Part shown: piece by piece, positions 51,056 through 60,879 of the stretch
Position numbering within the stretch: the stretch's first letter is position 1
Layout: each line of letters starts with the position of its first letter
NCBI GenBank assembly: GCA_023205875.1
Contig: CP060757.1
Span: 372,001 to 436,000 of the forward strand
Reading direction: 5' to 3'
Length of the DNA stretch: 64,000 nt
Source of the DNA: Chloropicon primus
Lineage: Eukaryota
Notes under the pieces: generated by a model
What the model was told of the DNA's origin: nothing
Seen by the model: the letters and a program-made list of their open reading frames with translations, nothing else
Database searches by the model: none
Translations under genes and position numbers: made by a program

Positions 51056-52374
51056 GGCATGCCGCTGTACACGTTCTGCCATATCGAGCTGCTGTTGGCG
51101 ACCGTGCTCGTCGCCGCACCGCTGCCCTCCGGGACCCTGAAATTCCAAAGGTTCGTGTTCATCCCTGGGGCGCTCTGAGAAGCTGGCCCCTGGGGCGCCT
51201 GCTGTTTGCTCATTTCAGGGGGCACGCCTCCAGCCACCCCTGCTCCTCCTGCTCCCGCCCAGTTCTGCCAGTTTCCGGGGGGCGGGCCTTGGGTGAACTG
51301 GCCCTGCCCTCCCGGAAGCCTGGCCTTCTGGTGGTGGGCGACCCCACCGTGCATCGCAGGCATCTGCTGCTGCTGGGGGTGTTGGGGGTGCATCTGGCTA
51401 CCCTGGCTCACGCCTTGCCCCCCTTGCATCCGCACTTGGTGCTGCCCACCCCAAGCGCTGGGTTGCTGCTGCTGGGGCGCAGGAATGGGCACCTGCTGCT
51501 GCTGCCTCTGCTGTTGCGGAGGCACTCCCGCGCCACCGGCTTGGTTTTGGCTTGCCTGGCTCCAAGACACGGTGTTCATCCACGAACTCCCCATACCAGA
51601 GTAACCCGAACTCTGGGGAAAGTTCGAATACCCAGAGCCAGGTTGCTGCCCTGAACCCTGGGGAACTTGTCCCTGCATTGGAGGGGGCATGGGGCCACCG
51701 TGTCCACCGGGTACGAGTTGCTGCTGCTGCTGCTGCTGCAAATGCTGCTGGAGGTGGGGAGCCGCTGCGTAGCCTTGGAGATGTTGCGGGTTCGAATGCT
51801 GGGCACCACCCACCTGCTGCACCGGTGCGCCTGCCGGATGGCCCTGAGGCGGAGGAGGTCTACCAGCAATGTCGGCAAACATGCCGCTGGGCTGAACCTG
51901 CGACACCGCTTGCGGCCTTTGCCCCTGCATCATGTAGCCGTGAGGCTGGGGCGGGTGAAGCTGAGCTTGACCCTGAGCCATTTGCACCGGGTGCCCTGCT
52001 GGTGGCCCCCCCGATACTTGCGACATGCTTTGTGGAGGCCTGGGGATGCTGACCGTCTGGGCTGGAGGCGGTTGGTGCACCTGCTGCTGCTGCTGCTGCT
52101 GCCGAGCAGCCCCACCGCCCTGCTGATTTACACTCGCTGTCTGCTGAGCCAGTTGCGCCTGCTTCCTCGACGGGAGCTTCCTAAGTTCGCTCTCTCCGTG
52201 CGCAAAGTTGCATCTGTCCCCAAATCTGCACCCCTCGGGCGACTGCCATCTCAGGCAAAGCTTGGTCTTCGCGTTCTCCGCCGTGCCCCTGAACCCGCGC
52301 CTCGTGCCTGATTGTGATTGTGAGCTGCCGGAGCCATCGTTCTGGTCACGGTGTGACCTCGAGCCCCCTTCCAT
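50632..52374 (-). CDS. CCCH zinc finger + Q/P-rich low-complexity + WW domain protein
   Basis: KTKLCLRWQSPEGCRFGDRCNFAHGESELR near the N-terminus; EWKEYVAPETGEKYYYNVRTGKTQWNEP at the C-terminus. Confidence 0.9.
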
Positions 52375-53065
52375 TACTCTATATTCTCAACAAACCAAAA
52401 AAAAACTGTTTTCTCTAAAGGATGAAAGACTAAGCACCCTGGACCGAGCCGCCTGCACGCACGCCGCAAGAGCCAAACGCAAACAACAGAGTCTTTCCGC
52501 GTCAGTTTCACCCTCGAAAGCGCGAGTGGGGCAACGGAGACGAAACGGAAAGAGCAATCCATCGCGGAGGATGTGACCCATCCCCCGAAACATCCGTCGC
52601 AGTTGGCCTTTCCGAGTCCCAGAACCTCGCGAGGGCCTCCGCCGAGCCCTTCTTCTCACTTACCTATGCGCACACAACGGTATACAACGCACGAGCGAAT
52701 GTTACGCGCTCCGCTCGACGTCTGGATGGATACAAGTCCCGTGACCTCTCGAGAGTTAGGGCCCTCCGTGGTCTCTCTCCTCGCTTCCGCGTGTAGGGCT
52801 TCCGCACGCGCGAGTGTGTTCCTTTTGGTTGTCCCTTCGCCCCTCCTCAGCATGAGCTCTTCCCTGTCGACCAGATACCACCACCACGTCCCTTCGTTCG
52901 CTCTCGGCCCTGTCCTCTCTCCCTTCTGTCCTTCACTCCGAGTGCGCGCGCTCTCCCCGCGCTCTCCCCCCTGTTGAATTCCCCTCTTTAGGTTTTCAAG
53001 GCTTCGTCGCCTCGAGGGAGAGGGGACAGAGGAGCAAGGAGGATCGGGGGGGGGGCATTGGCACT

Positions 53066-53114
53066 GGGGGCATTGGGGGCAATGGGGGGGGGAGGAAGGC
53101 ATGGAGGTGTTATG
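53066..53114 (-). repeat. Dispersed ~48 bp C/G-tract element, copy 2
   Basis: Reverse complement matches 38558-38604. Confidence 0.9.
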
Positions 53115-53353
53115 GGTTCCCTTGGCTGCTTCCAATGAGGGGTGAGGTCAGGATCATCGATATGTCTTCGATGATGGATGATTTGTTGCTTGCAATATTT
53201 CGTTGCCGATTATAATCATGCTTTGTGCTTTATTATTTGTTATTACAGTTTGTGTGCAGACGAGTTGCCTGTGCACCGCAGTGAGCCGCGGCCCAACAAG
53301 CCTTCTTGCTTGGTGCACCCACACAACCCCAACGCGCGCCTCTCTCCACTCCA

Positions 53354-54664
53354 TCACCTGAAAACCCCGGCTCTCCTCAAGTACAGGGCGACGAGGAAGA
53401 TGACAGACCAGTTGCAGCTGCCCCACCACAGCAGGTAGGACGCGACGAGTTCCCAGATGAATTGCCCTGGCAGGTTCGCCGCGCCAGTCGGCACGTCCAC
53501 CTCCCCCCCCCTGTTCAACAAGCTCAGGTTCAGGGGGACGAGAGAGATGAGAAGGAGCGGGAGGGTTATCCCCTGGACGCTCACCTTCCCGAGCACGTAG
53601 AGCCTCCTTTGCAGGGCGGACTTCAAGTACTTGGCCAAGGCCGACAGAGTCTCGGCGTTGTCGGTGCTGTGCTTCGTCTCGTACCACTCCACGAGTCCCC
53701 GGTCCAGGAAAGCCTGGAGCATCGGCCTGATAATCGCCAGGTGGGCCACGACGACGAACATCACTGCGGCCGCGTACATCGCGCCCTTGCCGTCGCTGGG
53801 GCCCATGCAAGCGAGGAGGAGAGGCGCTACCATGGCCGTGTGCCACACGACTTGCAGCGAGCCTCTCCTCTTCAGATACTTTGCGCCCCAGTGGAAGTCG
53901 GCCTGCGAAGTTGCGATGGACATGTTGTAGGACTGCGTTATCCTCAGCGCGGAGGAGAAGACGCAGGCGCTCACGTAACCGGCGAGGACGGAGATCAGAG
54001 TCGCCGTCAGGTGGTTTGGAATCTTCACCTTCGTCGCGTCCAGGCCCGTGAAGACTTCTCTCTTCTTCAAAATCTCACTGAACGCCGCCAGGGTCTTGGT
54101 AACAGAGTCTTCCAGCGTAGTGTGGAGAACCAAGTCTGACTTGTACAGCAGAAGCCAGTACGTTGAGCCCACGCCAAGAAAGAAGAGCAGAATCAGGCCA
54201 TACCTCTCGTACTTTGAGGTCGTCTGATCCAGGAACACCGTGTTCAGCGTGTTGTAAATGCAGAGCAGGAAGGACACGACGCACATCCCTGGCAGCATCG
54301 TGTTCCTGGTGTCCATCACGGAGGACAACGCGAATGTCGCCACGCAGTTGGTCCCGATACCAAACAGGAGTGTGACACTCTGGTCAAAAGTAGAAAAGTG
54401 CTTGATCTCGTACGATGCCGCCCGACTGAGCTTGACCACCGCGAGGGACGGGAACTCGTACTGCTTCTCGCCCTTCTTCCCCTTCTTCCCCTTCTTCCCC
54501 TCCGACGCCCCCGTGACAACTCGCTCGTCATTCTTTCCGGCGTGCAAAAGGTAGACACTCAGAGCTCCGAAAAACCTGCTCGCGAGGCTCAACCACGCCG
54601 TGCTCGCAAAGGTAGAGAAGAGCGTCACCGCTGCGTACATCCATGTTGCCGATCCCAGATTCAT
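53354..54664 (-). CDS. TMEM161: TMEM161-family multi-pass membrane protein
   Basis: Multiple TM helices; ACVFSSALR, IRPMLQAFLD and YLLWWGSCNWSV resemble recalled TMEM161 motifs. Confidence 0.7.
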   Translation of the reverse strand: MNLGSATWMYAAVTLFSTFASTAWLSLASRFFGALSVYLLHAGKNDERVVTGASEGKKGKKGKKGEKQYEFPSLAVVKLSRAASYEIKHFSTFDQSVTLLFGIGTNCVATFALSSVMDTRNTMLPGMCVVSFLLCIYNTLNTVFLDQTTSKYERYGLILLFFLGVGSTYWLLLYKSDLVLHTTLEDSVTKTLAAFSEILKKREVFTGLDATKVKIPNHLTATLISVLAGYVSACVFSSALRITQSYNMSIATSQADFHWGAKYLKRRGSLQVVWHTAMVAPLLLACMGPSDGKGAMYAAAVMFVVVAHLAIIRPMLQAFLDRGLVEWYETKHSTDNAETLSALAKYLKSALQRRLYVLGKVSVQGITLPLLLISLVPLNLSLLNRGGEVDVPTGAANLPGQFIWELVASYLLWWGSCNWSVIFLVALYLRRAGVFR

Positions 54665-55155
54665 TTCCTCCCCTCTACCCCGATCACACCCCCCCACACA
54701 CACACACACAAACCGCCGTACCCCCCCACACACACACAAACCCCTCTCCCCTCACCCCTCCTCACCACACAAAGCCGCCGTACCCACACCCACCAACCCC
54801 TCTCTCACCCACCCCGCTCACCCCTCCTCACCACACACAACCTCTGTGCCCTACCCACCAACTCCTCCCTCCTCTCCCCTTCGCCGACACGCTGCGCTCC
54901 CGTCTGTTGCTGCTCTCCTCGATCGATCGCGAGGGGCGAGGGCTGAGGGCGGGAGTCTGAGGCGGAGTGCCGACGGCGGGCGTGGAGGGAGCGAGGGAGG
55001 AGTATTCGAACGAAACCATCTCGTCTTTCTCTTTCGTTTGACACCTTGGTTGGAAGGTTTCGTGCATGGTCTGAGGACACGCGAGACGAATTAGACCACC
55101 AACAACTGGTGCCGAGTGGACCCCTGGATCGCGGGGAGAAGACTTGCTATTTGGC

Positions 55156-56310
55156 ATGGAGGCTCTGGCGAGGGCGGCACACCGAGGGAGTCGCTCCGTG
55201 AGGAGGATACCCCTGTCTCCGTCGTCGTTGTCGTCGCAAGATGAACTGTCGCACCCGTTGTTGTTGTTGTGGGGAAGTGGAGGAACGCCAAGCTCTTCAA
55301 GCGGAACGCCAAGCTCTTCAAGCGGAACGCCTGGGACACGGACACCGCGGAGGGGATCCCCCCACAGCTTGTATCGCCGGGAGGTGCTCGGCCCCTGGGG
55401 GGAGAGGGGGTGCGGGTTCGACGCCGGCGACGGCGTGACCACGGGAAGGTGGGCGCAAAGGGTGCGCTCGTGGGAGAGCTTTGGGCGGGGACAGGTCTGG
55501 GCAGACGACTTGGTGTTGGGGGGCGTCAGAGGTGGGAAGACCGTGAGCGAGGCAGAGGGCCAGAGGAGGGGCCCCAAGGTGAAGCTGTACAAGGCGAAGC
55601 CGAGGAAGGGGGGGGGGAGGCCCAAGGGTGGCGACGACGGGGGTGGGGACGAAAGCGAGGCGTCCGGCCACGAGGGGGGGGGGGAGGAACCCAACAACTT
55701 TGAATTCTTGAACCCCAACAGGAAGGAAAGGGACTACAAACTCTTGGCCATCCAGGGCATCGTGCTTATCGTCATCTCGATTGCGATGAGCAATGTGATC
55801 GGCAACTCCGTCGTCCTGAACGCCGTTCAGTTGTGCGGCAGCAAGGGCGCTTTCTTCAGGAAATCAGGCGCTTGGAGGCTCGGGAAACTTGGCATGTTTT
55901 TCCCGGAGTGGGTCGGGAAGCACGGAGGCGTCAAGGCGCTGTGCGATCTGATCGACGAGGAGGTGAAGGCGCTGAGCGAGGCCAAGGAGCGGCAAGTTGT
56001 GTTGCTGGAGGGCGAAGAGGGCGGCAAGCAAGACGAGGTGAAGGCACAGAAATCGTCGCTGGCCGTGCTTCAAACCGCTATTGAGGCCCTTTGCGTCCTC
56101 CTGGAGGATAAACAAGTGCTCTTGAGGGCAAGAGAGGAGTTGGACTCCCAAGGAGACGGAAAAGGACTCGAGGCCACGCTCTCTGCCCTTTCTGGAGAAG
56201 AATCCCAAGCCATGCTTCCCCTGGCAGAGACCACCACGGAGGATGAGGTCGTGGCCAAGGGCATCGCTCAAGCTGCGAAGAGAATCCAAAGCATTCTCGT
56301 GAATTCATGA
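55156..56310 (+). CDS. Hypothetical protein (transit-peptide-like N-terminus, one TM helix, helical/ARM-like C-terminus)
   Basis: Long ORF, TM segment LLAIQGIVLIVISIAMSNVI; contains a 21 bp tandem repeat at 55282-55331. Start or 5' intron uncertain. Confidence 0.6.
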   Translation: MEALARAAHRGSRSVRRIPLSPSSLSSQDELSHPLLLLWGSGGTPSSSSGTPSSSSGTPGTRTPRRGSPHSLYRREVLGPWGERGCGFDAGDGVTTGRWAQRVRSWESFGRGQVWADDLVLGGVRGGKTVSEAEGQRRGPKVKLYKAKPRKGGGRPKGGDDGGGDESEASGHEGGGEEPNNFEFLNPNRKERDYKLLAIQGIVLIVISIAMSNVIGNSVVLNAVQLCGSKGAFFRKSGAWRLGKLGMFFPEWVGKHGGVKALCDLIDEEVKALSEAKERQVVLLEGEEGGKQDEVKAQKSSLAVLQTAIEALCVLLEDKQVLLRAREELDSQGDGKGLEATLSALSGEESQAMLPLAETTTEDEVVAKGIAQAAKRIQSILVNS

Positions 56311-56540
56311 AAAGACTTTTTTGTATAGTTATATAAAGATTCTCCTTCCTTCCTTCAGGACTTGGAAGCAGGTACGGGAGAAGTTGAGCACCTACACAGA
56401 TAAGTCACGAAAGGACGGTAAGAAAATCACAGTCAATACTGGAAGCACAAAGGCAAGTTCTCCTTTCCACTGAAAGAGAGAAACACGGATCAAACCAAGA
56501 TAGTTCCAAAGGCTACAAACAAGGTAGACCTTCAAAAGGA

Positions 56541-56741
56541 AACGCTCGCGAGGTGTAGTTCACCGAACGAGATACAGAGGTGCAACAGTGTGAAGTACTA
56601 CAGACCAAGCAAGTATTGGCTGAGTACTGAACAAGTGCAGTAACGCTCGCGAGGTGTAGTTCACCGAACGAGATACGGAGGTGCAACAGTGTGAAGTACT
56701 ACAGACCAAGCAAGTATTGGCTGAGTACTGAACAAGTGCAG
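56541..56741. repeat. 101 bp tandem duplication (2 copies, one internal substitution seen)
   Basis: Copies start at 56541 and 56642; they differ at gatacagagg versus gatacggagg. Confidence 0.97.
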
Positions 56742-57072
56742 CAAGTATGCAAAACAATAAGATTGCAAATAAACAACTCGACGATCAACAACGTCGACAG
56801 GGCTCCTTAGAATACTTACTTTCTTTTAAGCTCCCTTCTCACTATGCCTTCTCAAAGAAACGCCTCGCCTCTTCGACTTGCCCATGACTTGACAGACAGA
56901 GGCGCCACCCATTCCAATAGATTGGCCTTGTCCAGCAAGTGAGAACACGAGAAAACGCTTAGGGGGTTGTCCTTTGGGTGTGACCAAACTGGTATACACT
57001 GGAACCCCACCAACAGGGGAAAACCTCCAACATCCAAATCCATCGACGAGCGGAGGGAGAGGGAGGACGAGG

Positions 57073-57731
57073 ATGACGACGACGACGACGACGACGGCTC
57101 GAGAGGAGCTGTTCGACTTGGTCGACGAAAAGTGCAAGCCACTTGGCATTACGAAAGCGAGGTCCCTCGTGCACCGCGACGGGTGAGTAGCACCAGCCAA
57201 CAACGAAGAGATTGAGACTAACGCTTGCGGCTCGTGTTCAGGGACTGGCACCAAGCTGTCCACGTCTGGGTGATGATATGGGACACGTGGGAGGTCGTGA
57301 TGCAGCAAAGGGTGCTGGAAAAGGACTCTTGGCCAGGGATGTGGGATATCAGCTCTGCTGGACATATCTCTGCGGGCGGTGAGCCCTTGGAATCTGCCCA
57401 GAGGGAGGTGGAGGAGGAGCTCGGCCTCAAGCTGCCTAAGGAGGCATTCCGATACCTGTTCTTGCACAAGCAGGAGTTTGAGGGGAAGTTTCACGGCAAG
57501 AAGTTTGTGAACAACGAGTTCAACCACGTCTACTTGGTGACCCTCAAGGAGCGCCTGCCTCGCGAGGCGTTCAAGCTGCAGAAGGAGGAGGTGCGCGACA
57601 TGAAGTTCATCGGGCTGCAGGAGCTGGGGGAGAAAATTAAGAGGGGAGACAAGGACCACTGTATTTATCTGGACCCGGACACCGACAGCAAGGTAGGGTG
57701 GCGATGTGAATCCGTGTGATCCCTTTTGCCG

Positions 57732-57788
<57 letters not shown>

Positions 57789-58178
57789 CAGTTGGGAAGG
57801 AAGTGATAGAAAACAGATACTTCCTACGGGCTGCCGCTGGATGGAGGGAACAAGGCCTGTGATCGATCTATGGGCGGAACGCTGTGGTTGGCAACCACAA
57901 CACTTTTTTGTGATTGTAGGACGGCACCCAGAACGCCCTTTCGCTGGCTCCTGCTCCTATTCCTTGGCGAGCCGCATGGGGCTTAGTTTTCAACCTGATC
58001 CTGCACCTCCTCGAGCACGATTCCGCTCCCTCTTCAAACCATCGATTTCAACCATTTTCCCTGACTATCTCTTTGGTTGCAGTACTTTGATCTCTTCCGG
58101 ACGGTGAAGAAGGAGCCTGAGGGGGAGTGGATCGAGGTTCCTCTGAATGGTGCTCGAGCACGATACTTGGCGCGCTGA
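57073..58178 (+). CDS. Nudix hydrolase (IDI-like / plant NUDT3 N-domain-like); exons 57073-57182, 57242-57692, 58083-58178
   Basis: EELFDLVD..KARSLVHRDGDWHQAVHVW, KDSWPGMWDISSAGHISAG, Nudix box AQREVEEELG. The last exon (YFDLFRTV...) follows a CTGAC branch point at 58061 and TTGCAG at 58082. Confidence 0.88.
57739..57785. repeat. (CT)n microsatellite in Nudix intron 2
   Basis: About 23 CT units. Confidence 0.95.
57798..58002 (+). ncRNA. Intronic long box C/D RNA (scaRNA-like) with antisense elements to U4 and U2 snRNA
   Basis: AGGA/TCCT terminal stem, box C GTGATAG (57803-57809) and box D CTGA (57995-57998). TAGTTTTCAAC before box D is complementary to U4 GUUGAAAACUA. AACAGATACT (57812-57821) is complementary to U2 AGUAUCUGUU. 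A long internal hairpin lies between them. Confidence 0.75.
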
Positions 58179-58422
58179 TTGCTTTGCTCAGATCGTGGAG
58201 GGCCCGCTACGACGCGTGCGTGTAAAACAAAGCTTTAAAAAACTATTGATACTCCCTGCATCACAAAAAAGTTTACTATAATGTACAAAAATGATACAGG
58301 GAAGCTAATCCCATGTTGTGTCTCGTCGATAGCGTCGATAGCGTCGGGGGGAATGGGGGCCTCCCTGGCCCCTGATCACCCCTCCCCCTTTCTACAACGG
58401 CGTCCTGTCTAATCGATCGTCA

Positions 58423-59628
58423 TCAAACGTATTCCGAAAACGCTGGGACACTCACAATTTTCTTGAGGTCCCCCGTGCTTTCATGCGACCGTTCCCTCCG
58501 GTGCAAGTTCTGATCGGAGGGGTGCTGGTGCGAAAGAACAAAACCTCCCCCGTTTGAACCAAAAACATTTTGACTCTTGTTCCTCTTGTGCCCTATCATC
58601 GTCTTGATGGGACGTTCGAGCAGGGGGGCGTCCAAGTAGTCGGCTCCCGTGCCCGCGCTCAGGTTCAAGTAATCAGCTGACCTCGTCCTTCGGAACATGT
58701 CGTTCTGAGGAGGAACGTCAGAGGTGGTCAGCCAGTCAAGCAAATTGATCTTCGACTGGCCCTTCTTGGCCCGCGATTGCTGGAAGGCATAATTCACGGT
58801 GAAAAAGCTGAGTCCCAGGGCAGCAAACGCGGCCGACGTGACCACGAGTGCCAGGAACATGCGCTTCCACAGCCATATGAAGAAGTCGACCGCTGCTACC
58901 TCGAAGGGCGCCTTCTCGCTCGTCTTCGTGCTTCCCTTCTCCACGCAAGGCCCCTTCTTGCACTCGAGGGTGATAATGCACCGGCCCAAGTTTGAGTTCT
59001 CCTCCTTTGGGACCGGGCAGTGCAGCAAGCTCATCGAGTCCAGGAACTGCCCGCTGCAGTTGGACAAGGACATGCCGTGAAAGTTCCCGCTGAAAGTGTC
59101 GTAACCCGTAAAGTGGCCGACGAACGTTGACGAGGTCAGAGCGGTTCCTTGGACCCTCGTTCCCCTGTCGTACCCCGGCCTGAATTCTATGTCTTGCTCG
59201 TTTCTCTTCACAATGTTGTAGGTCTCGGAGACCACGATCCTGTTGCAGTGCTGCTGCAAGTCTTCGACAGCAGGAAAGCTCCTTATTCCCTGAAGCTTGT
59301 ACAACCCGGTGAAACCCCCGTGGGCAAAACCGAAGTTCCAAAACAACAAGCAGCACAGCGTCACGCACAGCCAGTGCCGGCCGAGCAATGGCGAATGCCC
59401 GGTCCTCCCGCGGCGCCACCCCGCGCCCTTCCTCCCTCCCTTGCTCGCATCAAGCTCTCCAACGACGACTGTGGCGCTCGAGAACCCTCCAGCGGGAGGA
59501 ACCTTTGTGTTGCCGTTCCCTCCGCAAGAGGCGCCGGCGCTGGAACACGACTCGGCGAACGTCGCGCCGCTCGAGCCGCTCGCTTGGGTCTTCCCCACCC
59601 GCCTCTCTCGAAACCAGTCGTCCCACAT
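58423..59628 (-). CDS. Hypothetical membrane protein (hydrophobic signal, small Cys-containing ectodomain, TM helix, cytosolic tail)
   Basis: WLCVTLCCLLFWNFGFAHG hydrophobic segment and MFLALVVTSAAFAALGLSFFTV TM helix. Start uncertain. Confidence 0.65.
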   Translation of the reverse strand: MWDDWFRERRVGKTQASGSSGATFAESCSSAGASCGGNGNTKVPPAGGFSSATVVVGELDASKGGRKGAGWRRGRTGHSPLLGRHWLCVTLCCLLFWNFGFAHGGFTGLYKLQGIRSFPAVEDLQQHCNRIVVSETYNIVKRNEQDIEFRPGYDRGTRVQGTALTSSTFVGHFTGYDTFSGNFHGMSLSNCSGQFLDSMSLLHCPVPKEENSNLGRCIITLECKKGPCVEKGSTKTSEKAPFEVAAVDFFIWLWKRMFLALVVTSAAFAALGLSFFTVNYAFQQSRAKKGQSKINLLDWLTTSDVPPQNDMFRRTRSADYLNLSAGTGADYLDAPLLERPIKTMIGHKRNKSQNVFGSNGGGFVLSHQHPSDQNLHRRERSHESTGDLKKIVSVPAFSEYV

Positions 59629-60879
59629 CCTCGAAACCAAATGCGAAGACGAAGACGTCTCGCCGCGGTCTAGATTATTTCCCACTCCTAAAACCTTTAC
59701 TGTACCAGGCGCATTCTATTCTCAAGTCTCAAGCGCTTGCGGTAGTTCCCTCGAGGTCTGCGTCCCCGCGTCCTTCCAAACTCTGCGTCGCCTTCCAAGC
59801 CAAGCAAACGCAAGGCGAGGATGACAAAGGAGAAGGAGAAGAAGAAGAAAAAGATCCTCCGAGCCGCGTTCCAAAGGCTTTGCCGCCTTTTGCGCGCAAT
59901 GCAAAGTTTCGGCGCTTTTGTCGAGGGGTTACCGATTTTTGGTCGGCCAGGTGTGGTATACGAAAACCCCAAACAAGGTTTTCGTGTTCCTCTTCGCGTG
60001 TTAAGTGTTTCACGCGCCCTCTCGCGCCTGCCCTTTGCCTCCTTTCCTTTCCTTTCCTTTCCTTCTTCGAGCCGCTCCCTCCTGTACGACGAAACGAAAC
60101 TGGTGACGGCTCGGCCTGGAGGAGGGCACAGAGGGAAATAGCAAAGGGCCGCGGGAGGAGGAAGAGGAGGAGGAGTCGAGCGACGAGGGGAAGGACAAGG
60201 ACAAGGACAAGGACAAGGACAAGACAAGGAAGAGTGGTATTCCCGTGGGGAGGGGCAAGATCGTACGTACGTCATGAGAGAGAAGAAGAAGAAGAAGAAG
60301 AAGAAGAGGAGGAAAGGGAAAGGAGGAGATCCTTTGGTTTGCGGCAAGGGGATAACAACACGCGAGTTGCCGCCAAAGGGTCGAGAACGGCGGATCGGCT
60401 TAGTTGTGTGCCAAAGACGTATGACCTGGTGGCTACACCAAAGGAGAAGTAACAAGTAACAAGTAACAAGAAACATGTTCATGTGAACCAATGAATGAAT
60501 TGCTTTCGTTTGGACGCCAGTCAACCAATTTTTTGAATCAGGCCCCAAAGTGTTTATGTTTTTGGTGTACCTTGTACACTGTTATGACGACCGTGTGATC
60601 GAGATAAGACGAAGGGCCAGTGAGTGGTGAGGAGAGGCCTGGAAGGAGAGCGGTCGAGGAGGGACGAGAGGTGAGGTTCAGGCCCCCCGAATGTGTGGTG
60701 GAGGGGGAGGAAGGGAGGACAAGAGGTTCGCAGGACAATCGAAACGTTCGCCCCTTTCCCTTTCGTTTGCCTTGGTCGACGCAGGGGGGCGAGGATTCGA
60801 CCGAGGCCCAGACCGAGACCGAGACTGACACGGGTGTTAATTGTTGTATTCCCTCCTCGCTCGCACTACTCTTTTGTTG

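Noticed and set aside
56541..56741. CRISPR array, tRNA, H/ACA RNA or hammerhead interpretation of the 101 bp repeat
   Set aside because: No spacers or cas genes. GGTGTAGTTCA is A-box-like but there is no TΨC arm. There is no ANANNA H box, and no CUGAnGA/GAAA core.
57788..57862. Alternative last Nudix exon after the (CT)n-CAG
   Set aside because: It has no CTGAC branch point. The 58083 acceptor has one and gives a family-like YFDLF continuation. It cannot be fully excluded as a minor isoform.
59620..59630. GTCCCACATCC resembling the plant snRNA USE promoter element
   Set aside because: It overlaps a predicted CDS start on the other strand, and no TATA box or snRNA follows.
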